The translations under genes and the position numbers were made by a program. From assembly GCA_020348925.1 (NCBI GenBank), contig CP070758.1, positions 1,568,469 to 1,632,468 on the forward strand: a DNA stretch of 64,000 bases, in the 5' to 3' direction. This DNA is from Gemmatimonadota bacterium. GTDB taxonomy: Bacteria; JBHIER01; G020348925. This document shows, in pieces, positions 1-10,808 of this stretch (position 1 is its first letter; each line of letters opens with the position of its first letter). The notes below the pieces were generated by a model that was given only the letters and a program-made list of their open reading frames with translations, searched no databases and was not told where the DNA came from.

Positions 1-1321
1 CAGAACCGTGCGAACAGCGGTGCGGTTTCTCGATAACGTCATCGATATGAACAGGTATCCCCTGCAGGAGATCGAAGAACGGACCTTCGGCAACCGAAAG
101 ATCGGTCTCGGAATCATGGGTTTTGCCGACATGCTCATCTGGCTGGGTGTTCCCTACAATTCGAAAGCGGCCCTCGAAACAGCCGAGGAGGTGATGCGCT
201 TCGTCTCCGACAAGGCCAAAGAAGCCTCCCAGGAGCTGGCCGAGGAACGCGGCCCCTTTCCCAATTTTGCGGGGTCAACCTACGATGTTTCGGGACTAAA
301 GAAGACTCGAAATGCCACGCTGACGACGATCGCGCCCACGGGGTCCATCAGCATCATCTCCAACTGCTCGAGCGGTATCGAACCACTCTTCGCTATTTCT
401 TACGTGCGTAATGTCATGGACAACACAAAGCTGCTTGAGGTCCACTCCCTTTTCAAGGAAGTTGCTCGGCGGAAAGGTTTTTTCAGCCAGGAGCTGATGG
501 AAAAAATTGCCTCGAAAGGAACGATTCAACACCTGGACGAGATCCCCCTCAAGGTGCGCAAGCTCTTTGTCACGGCCCACGACATTTCTCCCGAATGGCA
601 TATTCGCATCCAGAGTGCCTTTCAGAAGTACACGGACAATGCCGTTTCGAAAACAGTCAACTTCCCCACCGAAGCCACGGTGGAGAATGTGGCGGAAGTC
701 TACATGTTGGCCTTCGACCTCGGCTGCAAGGGGGTGACGATCTATCGGGATCGAAGCAGGGACGTCCAAGTCTTGAACATCGATTCATCGGAACCTGAGA
801 TGGCTGATGAACGACCGCCTGATGAAATAACCAGACCCCGCAAAGCGCTCACACCCAGGAAGCGACCGACCGTCACCGTCGGCACCACGCAACGGGTCAC
901 GACCGGCTGCGGAAACCTCTACGTCACCATCAACGAGGATGAGAAAGGGCTGTGCGAGCTCTTCTCCAGACTGGGCAAATCCGGCGGGTGCATCGCCTCC
1001 CATACGGAGGCGATCAGTCGGCTTGTTTCTTTAGCTTTACGATCAGGTGTTGATGTTGAGTCAATTCTGAGTCAGATCAAAGGCATACGGTGTCCGTCGC
1101 CCTCATGGTACAACGGCGGCTCCGTCCTCTCCTGCGCCGACGGTATCGGGCTGTCCCTGGAAGAGTACCTGAAGGAGAAAAAGAAAAGTACGGGCTCGGC
1201 CAAAAAGATCGGCAGTGACCTGCGGGACATCTGTCCGGAGTGCCCCGACTGCGGCAGTCTGGTCGAATACATGGAAGGCTGCGTCGTCTGCCGCGCCTGC
1301 GGCTATTCGAAGTGTGATTAA
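1..1321 (+). CDS. nrdJ: Class II (B12-dependent) ribonucleotide reductase, 3' part with TSCPD domain and C-terminal Zn ribbon (5' truncated by window)
   Basis: RKIGLGIMGFAD, TTIAPTGSIS, SSGIEP, DNAVSKTVN, GCKGVTIYRD motifs; TGCGNLYVTIN...SCADGI; CPDCG...CVVCRACGYSKC. Confidence 0.95.
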   Translation, partial: RTVRTAVRFLDNVIDMNRYPLQEIEERTFGNRKIGLGIMGFADMLIWLGVPYNSKAALETAEEVMRFVSDKAKEASQELAEERGPFPNFAGSTYDVSGLKKTRNATLTTIAPTGSISIISNCSSGIEPLFAISYVRNVMDNTKLLEVHSLFKEVARRKGFFSQELMEKIASKGTIQHLDEIPLKVRKLFVTAHDISPEWHIRIQSAFQKYTDNAVSKTVNFPTEATVENVAEVYMLAFDLGCKGVTIYRDRSRDVQVLNIDSSEPEMADERPPDEITRPRKALTPRKRPTVTVGTTQRVTTGCGNLYVTINEDEKGLCELFSRLGKSGGCIASHTEAISRLVSLALRSGVDVESILSQIKGIRCPSPSWYNGGSVLSCADGIGLSLEEYLKEKKKSTGSAKKIGSDLRDICPECPDCGSLVEYMEGCVVCRACGYSKCD

Positions 1322-1432
1322 GCCACAGAGACAATCAAATGTGAAGCGGTCTCTCATCGATATTTATGGTTCTTACTCCTTCAAAGGAATACCTTGGAGG
1401 AGTTTCTTGTCTTCACTCCGGTGGAAGAAACC

Positions 1433-1876
1433 ATGGCACGATTGACCTGGGACGAATACTTTATGCGAATTGCCACACTGGTCGCCGAACGCGCAACCTG
1501 TCTTCGCAACCACGTCGGGGCCATCATCGTCAAGGACAGACACATTTTGGCCACAGGGTACAACGGTGCCCCGCGAGGCGTCCCGCACTGCGATGAGGCC
1601 GGCTGTCTGCGGAAGAAGCTGAATGTGCCTTCAGGAGAGCGGCACGAATTGTGTCGGGGCATCCACGCCGAGCAGAACGCCATCATTCAGGCCGCCGCCT
1701 TCGGTGTCAGCATCGCCGGCAGCACCATCTATTCCACCCACCACCCCTGCGTCGTCTGCAGCAAGATGATCATCAACGCCCGCATCGACCGCATCGTCAT
1801 CAAGGGCGATTACCCCGATCCCCTGGCCAGAGAGATGTTGAAAGAAGCCAAGGTTGAAGTGGTCAGAATATCATGA
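1433..1876 (+). CDS. dCMP deaminase (ComEB family)
   Basis: WDEYFM, TGYNG, HAEQNA, PCVVC zinc motifs; start MARLTW chosen within ORF 1394..1876. Confidence 0.92.
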   Translation: MARLTWDEYFMRIATLVAERATCLRNHVGAIIVKDRHILATGYNGAPRGVPHCDEAGCLRKKLNVPSGERHELCRGIHAEQNAIIQAAAFGVSIAGSTIYSTHHPCVVCSKMIINARIDRIVIKGDYPDPLAREMLKEAKVEVVRIS

Positions 1877-2063
1877 GCCACTGGTAAAATTTTCAATGTT
1901 TCTTACTCTCCTGAAACTCGCTCCACCCCATGCTATTACGTCGTTCGCGCAGGGTTGCGAAACCCGTTTCGTTGAAGGATTACGGTTACGTATTTTGTAT
2001 CATATTGGAGATCCCTCCATTCGTAGGGAAAAGTTTTTGTGGCTTTAAATAATAAGAACCACT

Positions 2064-2891
2064 ATGCCCGAGCTCCCCGAAGTAGAGACTATCGTACGCG
2101 GATTGCGACGGAAGGCCGTCGGCAAAAGGATTAACCGGGTCACTCTTCTCATGTCGCAGATATTGCGGTGTTCCGACGATGACTTCGTTCGGACGATTCT
2201 GGGGAAGACGATCAAAGGTATCGACCGGAGGGGAAAATTCATCCTGATTGCCCTCTCCGGGGGATGGAGTCTCCTTATTCATCTGAAAATGACCGGCCAA
2301 CTGAAATGGATCCCACAGGCTCAAAATCATCAGAAACACACGCACGTCGTCTTCCATCTGGCGCAGTGCCCCTTTCAGCTCCACTATTGTGACATTCGAC
2401 GGTTCGGCTACCTTCTCTTGCTCAAGACGGACTGTATGCATGATGTTCCACCTCTGCGGGATCTTGGACCGGAACCTCTGGAAATGAAAGAACCTGAATT
2501 TGTTGAACTGCTTCGAAATCGTAAAGGCAGGATGAAGTCCCTTCTCTTGAACCAGAGTTTCCTGGCCGGTTTGGGCAACATCTACGCCGACGAATCCCTA
2601 TGGCGGGCCCGGATTCACCCTCTGACACAGGCCCATCGAATCAGCCCTCGCAAAGCGCGGCGGCTCCTCGGGGCAATCCAGGCTGTCCTCGAGGAGGCCA
2701 TTGAGAACAAAGGGTCATCTGTGGACGACTACCGGGACGTCGAAGGTCGTAAGGGCAAGCACCAATTCTGCTTGCGCGCCTACGGCCGCCAGGGCCAAGC
2801 CTGCTATTACTGCGGAGCCCTAATCCGCCGCATCGTCATCAACAGCCGCAGCTCCCACTTCTGCCCCCGCTGTCAGCGAAAACCGGGATGA
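2064..2891 (+). CDS. mutM: Formamidopyrimidine-DNA glycosylase
   Basis: N-terminal MPELPEVE, RRGKF, HLKMTG, GLGNIYADE, C-terminal Zn finger CYYCG...FCPRCQ. Confidence 0.97.
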   Translation: MPELPEVETIVRGLRRKAVGKRINRVTLLMSQILRCSDDDFVRTILGKTIKGIDRRGKFILIALSGGWSLLIHLKMTGQLKWIPQAQNHQKHTHVVFHLAQCPFQLHYCDIRRFGYLLLLKTDCMHDVPPLRDLGPEPLEMKEPEFVELLRNRKGRMKSLLLNQSFLAGLGNIYADESLWRARIHPLTQAHRISPRKARRLLGAIQAVLEEAIENKGSSVDDYRDVEGRKGKHQFCLRAYGRQGQACYYCGALIRRIVINSRSSHFCPRCQRKPG

Positions 2892-3428
2892 TCACAAAAA
2901 TTCATTTTCAGAATACTAGCTGACGACCCATTCGCCGACGCCGCATTATTTCACCGAGCGGCCCGGTTTTCGGCACTGGGCCGAATCGGCCGGAAGGGAG
3001 AGCCGGTTTCTGTTCCCAGCTCTGGGGTGATGAGGGAGTTGTCGGTTCGTGGGAATACAATCCGCGTGGCACGGTAGGACGCACCTACCGAAATGTCGCG
3101 TCCGATAGAACCGTGATCCGCATCCTCCGAAAAAGGTGTCTCAATGGACTCGAGGGTTCCGGCAAAACCCATGGCCGGAGCCCGGTCGGCCGTCATATTC
3201 GTCATCTGAAGTGAGGATGCCTCTCCATCCGGACCGAGCAATGAGACCGATCCGGAGTATGAATTCAAACTCCGGCAGGCGGTCCAGAAGGGGATCGAAG
3301 CGAAGGCCTCTTCAAGTCGTATGAGCCCTGAGTCCATTCTTTTAAAGGTGAGGATTCCGGTACTTCACCGACACGTTTCACCTGGAAATTTCCACCCGGT
3401 AAGCCGCAGAAAAACGCCTATATTTTCA

Positions 3429-3457
3429 TTGACAATGGGATACGAAGGGGTTATATT
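3429..3457 (+). promoter_or_regulatory. Sigma70-type promoter of secDF
   Basis: TTGACA-17 bp-TATATT about 60 bp upstream of the secD start. Confidence 0.65.
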
Positions 3458-3519
3458 TGACGGTCACCTTTTCTCAGGTGTTAGTGAATATAACGATTTG
3501 AAGTAAAGGAACTGAGAGT

Positions 3520-5307
3520 ATGTTTCGAGGTAATTGGAGAATTGTCCTTATCGTTGTAGCCATTATATCCGCGGCGTATTACCTGTACCCGACGTATCGC
3601 TGGTACCGACTTTCACCGCAGGACCTGGAGACGGCCCGGCTTGTCTCCCTTCCCAGGGAAAGTCTGACCGAGGAGCAGGTTCGGACGGTGGACGAATTGA
3701 GCGACTCCGACCGGGAGCATTACGCCGGGCTCTATGAACAGAAGAAGAAAGCCCTGAACCTGGGATTGGACCTGCAGGGGGGCATGCATCTGGTTCTTGA
3801 GGTGGACAGAACCGGACTTTCGGCCGACGAGGCCGAAGACGCCACCGACCGGGCCTTGGAGATCATCCGAAACCGAATCGATCAGTTCGGAGTGGCCGAG
3901 CCGGTCGTTCAGCGCCAAGGCGACAACCGTATCGTTGTTCAGCTTCCCGGAATGAAGGATGAGGCGCGAGCCAGAAATCTCATCGGCCGCACAGCACTCC
4001 TGGAGTTTACGCTGCTCAAGAGCGGGGAACTCGTCCAAACGGTTTTAGAGGGTATCGATAACACGCTCACCGAAAAATTGTCCGAAAAAAAGGAAGAAGA
4101 GACCTCACAGGATATCGAACCAAGCCCGGAAGAGGAAGTCGCACAAGCGGAAACAGACACCGGGGAGGCAGGAGATGAGTTCGATCTGAGTGAGCTCTTC
4201 GAGGAAACGGAGGTCGAATCGGGAGCTGTAGAAGGTGAGGAGGATGTGCTTGTTGAAAAACCCTTTACTTCCTTCTTAGTCAACATCGGGGGGGATATAG
4301 GGGTCGCGGCGTTGAATCGATTGAAAGTGGAACGTCTCCTGGGCGATTCGACGGTCCAAAACACCATTCCCCCGGACGCACAATTTCTGTGGTCGAACGA
4401 AACGGTCACTGTTCGAGATCAGGACTATTATCGGCTCTACCTCCTGAACAAGGAGCCCGGCCTGACCGGAAAATACATCGCCGACGCCAGACCCACTCTG
4501 GGCAGCGGCATGGATCCCGACGTCGCCAACAGACCCATCGTCCAGTTCAGTACGACCCACGAGGGGGCGAAAATCTTCTCCCGCCTGACCGGGGCCAACA
4601 TCAAAGAACGTCTGGCAATAGTCCTCGACAAAAAGGTCTTCTCCGCTCCTGTCATCGAGTCCAAACTGAGCAAGGATTCCATCATCAAGGGCGACTTCAC
4701 CATGGAACAAGCCAGAGATTTGGCCATCGTCCTCAGGGCCGGAGCACTTCCAGCCCCCATCGAGTACATTGAGGAGCGGACCGTCGGCCCATCCTTAGGC
4801 AGGGATTCCATCCGTTTGGCCAAGATATCTGCGGTTATCGGAACGGCCCTCATCATCATCTTTATGATCGTCTATTACGGAATGTCCGGAGCCATCGCCG
4901 ATTTCGCTCTGGGATTGAATATTTTTTTCATCCTGTCCGTGCTGGCCGGGTTTCACGCCACACTGACACTCCCCGGCATTGCCGGAATCATCCTGACCAT
5001 CGGAATGGCGGTGGATGCCAACGTACTTATCTATGAGCGTATCCGGGAGGAGCTGCGCACGGGCAAGACCATCCGCAGCGCCATCGACAGCGGCTACGCC
5101 CGGGCTTTTCGGACAATTCTGGACGCCAACGTGACAACAGTCATGACCGCCCTTGTCCTGTATTGGAAAGGAACCGGACCCATCAAAGGCTTCGCCTTAA
5201 CGTTGATCATCGGCCTTTTGGCCAACATGTTCACGGCCATTCTGGTGACAAGGGTCATCTTCGATTTTGTGACGACCCGCTGGGAAATCAAAAAACTGAG
5301 CATTTAA
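3520..5307 (+). CDS. secD: Protein translocase subunit SecD
   Basis: LGLDLQGG, RNRIDQFGVAEP, VGPSLG, GMAVDANVLIYERIREE, ILDANVTT. Confidence 0.98.
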   Translation: MFRGNWRIVLIVVAIISAAYYLYPTYRWYRLSPQDLETARLVSLPRESLTEEQVRTVDELSDSDREHYAGLYEQKKKALNLGLDLQGGMHLVLEVDRTGLSADEAEDATDRALEIIRNRIDQFGVAEPVVQRQGDNRIVVQLPGMKDEARARNLIGRTALLEFTLLKSGELVQTVLEGIDNTLTEKLSEKKEEETSQDIEPSPEEEVAQAETDTGEAGDEFDLSELFEETEVESGAVEGEEDVLVEKPFTSFLVNIGGDIGVAALNRLKVERLLGDSTVQNTIPPDAQFLWSNETVTVRDQDYYRLYLLNKEPGLTGKYIADARPTLGSGMDPDVANRPIVQFSTTHEGAKIFSRLTGANIKERLAIVLDKKVFSAPVIESKLSKDSIIKGDFTMEQARDLAIVLRAGALPAPIEYIEERTVGPSLGRDSIRLAKISAVIGTALIIIFMIVYYGMSGAIADFALGLNIFFILSVLAGFHATLTLPGIAGIILTIGMAVDANVLIYERIREELRTGKTIRSAIDSGYARAFRTILDANVTTVMTALVLYWKGTGPIKGFALTLIIGLLANMFTAILVTRVIFDFVTTRWEIKKLSI

Positions 5308-5333
5308 AAACAAAGGGATAATACAAACAGACG

Positions 5334-6287
5334 ATGAGATTTTTCAAAGAGACACATATTGACTTTATCGGTAAGAGAAGGCAAGCATTTGTACTTTCAT
5401 CAGTGCTCATCCTCATTGGACTGATCTCCCTGGCAATTCACGGGGGTCCGAAATTTGGAATCGACTTTATAGAGGGAACCCTTTTGGAACTCCATTTCGA
5501 GCCACCGGTCACAACGGCAGAACTGCGGGCTGCCCTTAACAACGTCGAGGTGGAGGGGCGACAGCTGGATTTCAGCTCCTCCGAGATCCAGGTCTTCAGC
5601 GATCACCGGGATGTTCTCCTGAAGGTCGAGGAGCGGGAAAAAGGCACCTCCGTAGCGGAAGCCATCAAGACGAAACTGCGGCAAACGTTTCCCGATCGCA
5701 TTCCTCCTAACGAGGAGGACTGGCTTCGTCGCCAGGAGAAGGTCGGCCCGAAGATTGGGGGTGAGCTGAAGCAAGCGGCAGTCGTCGCCATTCTCGTATC
5801 ATTACTCCTCATCCTCATATACATCAGCTGGCGTTTTCAGTTCCGGTTTGCCGTGGCGGCGATTGTGGCCCTGTTCCACGACGTGCTCATTACTGTGGGC
5901 GCTTTCTCCGTCCTGGGAAAGGAGATTTCCCTGGTAGTCGTGGCAGCCCTTTTAACCATCGTCGGTTACTCATTGAACGATACCATCGTCGTCTCCGATC
6001 GCATCCGCGAAAACATCAAGACCCTCCGTCGGGAGAAGTTTCCTGTTCTCGTCAACACGAGCATCAATCAAACCCTGAGCAGAACCGTTCTCACCGCAGG
6101 AACGACATTCCTCGTCGTGCTGGTGTTGTTCATCAAGGGTGGAGAAGTGATTCATAATTTCGCCTTCGCTCTTCTGGTAGGCATTCTCATTGGAACGTAC
6201 TCTTCGATCTTTGTCGTGAGTCCTATTCTGGTCGAATGGCACAATTATTCTGAAAAGAAGAAGCGCACAGCGCTCAAGCGAAGATAG
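5334..6287 (+). CDS. secF: Protein translocase subunit SecF
   Basis: GIDFIEGT, VGPKIG, HDVLI, GYSLNDTIVVSDRIREN, GTYSSIF; follows secD. Confidence 0.97.
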   Translation: MRFFKETHIDFIGKRRQAFVLSSVLILIGLISLAIHGGPKFGIDFIEGTLLELHFEPPVTTAELRAALNNVEVEGRQLDFSSSEIQVFSDHRDVLLKVEEREKGTSVAEAIKTKLRQTFPDRIPPNEEDWLRRQEKVGPKIGGELKQAAVVAILVSLLLILIYISWRFQFRFAVAAIVALFHDVLITVGAFSVLGKEISLVVVAALLTIVGYSLNDTIVVSDRIRENIKTLRREKFPVLVNTSINQTLSRTVLTAGTTFLVVLVLFIKGGEVIHNFAFALLVGILIGTYSSIFVVSPILVEWHNYSEKKKRTALKRR

Positions 6288-6389
6288 GCAGAGACACGAG
6301 AGCGAGCCCTTTCTTCGCAAAAAACGTTAATCACTTTCCGTCGGCTTTGTAATCCATCACACAAGATCTTTTTTCATTCGGAACAAACC

Positions 6390-6887
6390 ATGGCCATTAT
6401 CGGTCAGATTTTCTTCTGGTTCTTTGTTGCAATTGGCGTCATCATACTCCCTTTCAATCTGCCCGGGACCTTTCTCATGGTGGCCGTCGCTTTCATCTAC
6501 GCTCTCTTCACTCATTTTGAAACATTTACGCCCACTGTCCTCGTCACCCTCCTGGGATTGGCCGCTCTGGCCGAGCTGATCGAATACATCATCGGGACCT
6601 TCATCACTGTCAAGTACGGCGCATCGAAGTGGGGCGTCATAGGAGCCATCGGAGGAGGTATTCTCGGTGCAATATGGGGCACACCCCTCGTGCCTGTCCT
6701 GGGGACCGTCCTTGGAGGGTTTCTCGGGGCATATCTGGGGGCTTTCCTCCTCGAATATCTTTATCTTAAAAGAACGGATAAAGCGGTCCAGGCTGGCTAC
6801 GGCGCCTTTATCGGGAAAATCGGTGGTACATTGTCGAAATTGATCGTAGCTTTTGCCATGATTATTATCATGATTCAGAGGATGTGA
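6390..6887 (+). CDS. DUF456-family membrane protein
   Basis: Hydrophobic Gly-rich protein, KYGASKWG..GAIGGGILG..PVLGTVLGGFLGA pattern. Confidence 0.8.
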   Translation: MAIIGQIFFWFFVAIGVIILPFNLPGTFLMVAVAFIYALFTHFETFTPTVLVTLLGLAALAELIEYIIGTFITVKYGASKWGVIGAIGGGILGAIWGTPLVPVLGTVLGGFLGAYLGAFLLEYLYLKRTDKAVQAGYGAFIGKIGGTLSKLIVAFAMIIIMIQRM

Positions 6888-6929
6888 CACTCAGAGATGT
6901 GCGCAATGTTCATAAAAAGGATGGCTGTC

Positions 6930-9344
6930 ATGAAGATCCCTTCGAAGGACACCATACAATTTTGCTGTGTCTTTCTTATTTCGATACTTATGATGGCCAA
7001 TCTCAGTCTAGGTACTACTGAGAACACCATACTGGCGAGATTGTTTATTCAGACGGAAGAACAATGGCAAAAGGTGCAGGCAATGAAATTGGAATCCGTC
7101 TCAGAAATAATATCGCCGGAGATTATGGATGTTCTCATAACGACCTCTCAAATGCACGAAATAGAATCAATGAGCATACGGATCGAAGTTCTTATGAGTG
7201 GACAGGAGTTCAACCGTGCTCTGAAAAAATCAAACGCAAACCTCGATCCCGAGTTTCACACGTATGAGGAGATGACTACAGAGCTTGATTCCTTGGCACA
7301 GGTGTATCCGGATATAGCGAAATGCGACAGCATCGGTCATTCCACCCAGAAGAGGAGAGCCATACGGGCTTTTAAGATTTCGGATAATGTCCAGGTCGAG
7401 GAGGACGAGCCGGCCGTCCTTTATGACGGCGTACACCACGCCTGCGAGGTGATGGGCCTGGAGATCTGTATGTACATGATCAATCATCTCTTGAAGAACT
7501 ACGGAACCGATCTTTTGGTCACCTATTGGGTGGACAATACGGAGATCTGGTTCGTGCCATTGATGAATCCCGACGGCCATTCGGCCGTCACCTCGGGGAT
7601 CAGTCTCAATTGGCGGAAAAACGGCCGCGACACAAATGAAAATTCCATCTTGTACGAATACGAATGCAACGACTGGTACACATGCAGGACGGAAGGTGTG
7701 GATATCAACCGGAACTACGATTTCAACTGGGCCACGGGTGGAAGCGGCGATCCCTGGGGGTACCTATACCGGGGTCCGGCACCCTTCTCGGAGTCTGAAA
7801 ATCAGGCGTTACGAAATCTCGCGGCAGAGCAGCGATTCATTTTCTCAATTTCGTATCACAGTTACGGAGAGATCGTCTTCTATCCCTGGAACCGTGGGGG
7901 TGGTACACCGGCACCGGACGATGCTCTCATATCATCGGTAGCCGCCCACATAGCTTCTCTTATTCCAAGAGAATACGGAGGAACCTATGATTACGGCAAG
8001 AACGGGGGGATGGTGGGATACAGTGCGAATTGGCTTTACGGAATATTGGGCACTATCGATTTCATGATCGAGGTAAACCCCTCCCCCATCTTTATTCCCT
8101 CCGGGAGTCGAATCGAAGAAATCGCTCAGCGCAATATGACCGGAGCCGTCTCTCTCCTGGATCGCATTCGAGGTCCGGGTCTCACCGGACACATTACGGA
8201 GGTCGAAACCGAAAGACCTCTTTCGGCCACGATCAAGATACTCGAAATATATGCTCCTGAAATACAGCCCCGAACCAGTGAGCCACAATACGGTCGATTC
8301 TACCGCATGCTTCTCCCCGGACAGTACACCGTAGAAGTATCCAGGGGTGGATACGTCAGCCAAGTTCACAATGTCACTGTAGCCAATAACGGGCTCACGA
8401 CGCTGGACGTGACCCTGTCACCCGACATCCACATCGCCATTTCAAACTTCACCATTGACGATGACAATGCAGGAAACAGCCACGGCAATAGCGACGGCGT
8501 GATCAATTATGGGGAACAGATAGAACTAACGATTGAACTTATCAATACAGGTACTCTTTCAGCTTCGGGCATGACAGGAATTCTCTCTTCCGATGATGAA
8601 CATGTGACCATCATCGACAGCCTTAGTGATTTTGGAGATATATCAGAAGGAGATGGGGTTGTTGCTGAGGACGCATTCGAGTTCGTGGTTTCGACCGAAA
8701 TACCGCATGGCCATGTTATAACTTTCCACCTATCCATCACAGACAATCTCGATAGGTCGTGGACTGATACCTGCGCCTTGCAGGCCACGGCACCTGAATT
8801 GGAATATTTCTCGTACACGATCAATGATCGTTCGGGCGACGGTGATGGCCTCACCGATCCTGGAGAGCATGTTGAACTGTTCGTTGCCCTCAGAAACTCA
8901 GGTGGTCAAGAGGCCGAAACTGTGTCGGCCGTGTTAAACTCCAACGATCTTTATGTGATTATTGAGACTCAGAGCACGGTCTATGGGAACATGCCTCCAG
9001 ACTCTTTAACAACTTCGGTCACACCATTTGAATTCAGTGTGGTCCCGGAATGTCTGGTACCATACAGCATACAATTTCAGCTCGAGATTGCTGGGGCCAG
9101 AAACTATGCTCGCTCCAGAACCTTTACCATTGCCGTGGGTGAAGTGGCCGCAGGGGATGTAAATCTTGATGGTTCAATTAATATCCTTGATGTTATTCTG
9201 ACAGTCAATGCAATCCTGCGATTTGTTGAATTGAATGCGTTACAGTTTTCCACTGCCGACCTAAACAATGACGGTGTTATCAATGTTTTAGACGTAGTTC
9301 AGATCGTAAATGTCATCTTAGGCTCGAGTCCTCAATTTGAATAG
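6930..9344 (+). CDS. Secreted M14 zinc carboxypeptidase (carboxypeptidase T-like) with regulatory-like domain, two GNxDG..xGE Ig-like modules and C-terminal dockerin
   Basis: Signal peptide; HHACE, NPDG, WRKN, GVDINRNY, SYHSYG, FMIE; duplicated GDVNLDGSINILDV / ADLNNDGVINVLDV; start uncertain (6897-6930). Confidence 0.88.
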   Translation: MKIPSKDTIQFCCVFLISILMMANLSLGTTENTILARLFIQTEEQWQKVQAMKLESVSEIISPEIMDVLITTSQMHEIESMSIRIEVLMSGQEFNRALKKSNANLDPEFHTYEEMTTELDSLAQVYPDIAKCDSIGHSTQKRRAIRAFKISDNVQVEEDEPAVLYDGVHHACEVMGLEICMYMINHLLKNYGTDLLVTYWVDNTEIWFVPLMNPDGHSAVTSGISLNWRKNGRDTNENSILYEYECNDWYTCRTEGVDINRNYDFNWATGGSGDPWGYLYRGPAPFSESENQALRNLAAEQRFIFSISYHSYGEIVFYPWNRGGGTPAPDDALISSVAAHIASLIPREYGGTYDYGKNGGMVGYSANWLYGILGTIDFMIEVNPSPIFIPSGSRIEEIAQRNMTGAVSLLDRIRGPGLTGHITEVETERPLSATIKILEIYAPEIQPRTSEPQYGRFYRMLLPGQYTVEVSRGGYVSQVHNVTVANNGLTTLDVTLSPDIHIAISNFTIDDDNAGNSHGNSDGVINYGEQIELTIELINTGTLSASGMTGILSSDDEHVTIIDSLSDFGDISEGDGVVAEDAFEFVVSTEIPHGHVITFHLSITDNLDRSWTDTCALQATAPELEYFSYTINDRSGDGDGLTDPGEHVELFVALRNSGGQEAETVSAVLNSNDLYVIIETQSTVYGNMPPDSLTTSVTPFEFSVVPECLVPYSIQFQLEIAGARNYARSRTFTIAVGEVAAGDVNLDGSINILDVILTVNAILRFVELNALQFSTADLNNDGVINVLDVVQIVNVILGSSPQFE

Positions 9345-9399
9345 TTATTAAGAGCTTAATGGGAATTGGAATGCTCAGAAGAAAACAAGGAGGTACATC

Positions 9400-9864
9400 A
9401 TGGAAGTATATTTGGTCCAACATGGGGAGGCGCAGAGAAAGGAGGAAGATCCGGAACGTCCCCTCACTGAAAAGGGGAAAGACGATGTGAGAAAGGTAGC
9501 CGCTTTTTTATCAAAATCCAATGTGAGAGTATACCAGATTCGTCACAGTGGAAAAAAGAGGGCAGAAGAGACGGCTCTCATTCTGGGAGATCACCTCTCA
9601 CCGCCATCAGGCGTAAAGGTTCACCAGGGTCTTGCTCCAAACGACGATGTCACACCTGTGGCAGAAATCTTGCAGCTTGAGAACGAGCCGGTTATGATCG
9701 TAAGCCACTTGCCCTTTCTCATTCGACTGGCAAGCCTGCTCATAACCGACAATGAGGAGAAAACGGTCGTTCAATTCAGAATGGGCGGCTGTGTGTGCCT
9801 CGTCACGGAAAATGGGAATTGGACCGTCGAGTGGGTCGTCACCCCGGATCTGCTTTCAGATTGA
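9400..9864 (+). CDS. sixA: Phosphohistidine phosphatase SixA
   Basis: YLVQHGEA, RPLTEKG, HSGKKRAEETA, VSHLPFL; AGGAGG RBS. Confidence 0.88.
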   Translation: MEVYLVQHGEAQRKEEDPERPLTEKGKDDVRKVAAFLSKSNVRVYQIRHSGKKRAEETALILGDHLSPPSGVKVHQGLAPNDDVTPVAEILQLENEPVMIVSHLPFLIRLASLLITDNEEKTVVQFRMGGCVCLVTENGNWTVEWVVTPDLLSD

Positions 9865-9927
9865 GCGGGAGAGCATGGGAAAACGAGACGGCGCTTCCAG
9901 AAAACGCAACAAAAAAGCCCGTCTCCC

Positions 9928-10032
9928 TTAAGCCTTTGCTTTCTTTTTCTCCTTCTTTAATTTTCGACGCTCCTTAAGACTGAGCTTGGCTTTCTTTTTC
10001 GATTCGTGCGGGGCTTTATCTTTCGTACCCAT
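9928..10032 (-). CDS. Small (34 aa) Lys-rich protein, below the ORF-track cutoff
   Basis: GAGGTGA RBS then ATG; MGTKDKAPHESKKKAKLSLKERRKLKKEKKKAKA*; followed by weak hairpin and T-tract. Confidence 0.65.
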   Translation of the reverse strand: MGTKDKAPHESKKKAKLSLKERRKLKKEKKKAKA

Positions 10033-10168
10033 GACGTCTCACCTCTTTCTTGTAGTTTCATGTCAGAGAATATTAAAGCAATTTCCTTTTCAACGCAATG
10101 CAAAAATAACCGAGATGGTAAAAGGTGTCAAGATAAAAATGATAGCATAATGGAATTGGAGGTGCATT

Positions 10169-10693
10169 ATGTCTGAAAAAAATCTAGGTTTCATATTAAA
10201 TCGCAGATCCTGTCGCGACTTCCAGCCAGATCCTTTGAAGGAAGGCGATCTTGAAAATCTCATGGAGTCGTTGCGATGGGCTCCCTCAGCCGGCAACTGC
10301 CAGCCATGGCATTTCTATGTTGTCACACATCAAGAAAAAAAAGTTGAGTTAAGCCGGGCGGCTTACGGCCAATCGTTCATTGCCGATGCACCGGTCGTCT
10401 TTGTTATCTGTGCCAATGCAGAGGAGTCGGCTCGGGGATACGGGAACCGTGGACGCACCCTTTACTGTCTTCAGGACACGGCCGCTGCCACAGAAAATCT
10501 ACTTTTAGCTGCAACAGCTTTGGGTTACGGAAGCTGTTGGATAGGTGCTTTCGATGAGGGAGCGGCCAGCGAAGTGCTCGACATTCCTCAGCACTTGAGG
10601 CCGGTGGCCATAGTACCGGTAGGATACCCTCGGTCCGTTGAACCAAGAACCAGCAGGAAAACTGTGAAAGAGATTTTCGAATTTATCGATTGA
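10169..10693 (+). CDS. Nitroreductase family protein
   Basis: RRSCRDF, WAPSAGNCQPWHF, LGYGSCWIGAF, VGYP; GGAGG RBS. Confidence 0.93.
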   Translation: MSEKNLGFILNRRSCRDFQPDPLKEGDLENLMESLRWAPSAGNCQPWHFYVVTHQEKKVELSRAAYGQSFIADAPVVFVICANAEESARGYGNRGRTLYCLQDTAAATENLLLAATALGYGSCWIGAFDEGAASEVLDIPQHLRPVAIVPVGYPRSVEPRTSRKTVKEIFEFID

Positions 10694-10808
10694 AATAATG
10701 GGGCAGATGACTTTTCTTTGACATGTGAAAAAAAGGAGACAGGCAATTTTCCTTCAATAACGATGAACCCTTCTATCTTTTGCATTTGCTCCGTTCTCAG
10801 CATGAGGA

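Noticed and set aside
2951-3337. 128-aa minus-strand ORF or possible ncRNA between mutM and secD
   Set aside because: No RBS or recognisable motif; no tmRNA, RNase P or SRP signature seen; left uncalled
9400-9430. SixA QHG instead of RHG motif
   Set aside because: A variant I recognise in other SixA homologs; the catalytic His is retained
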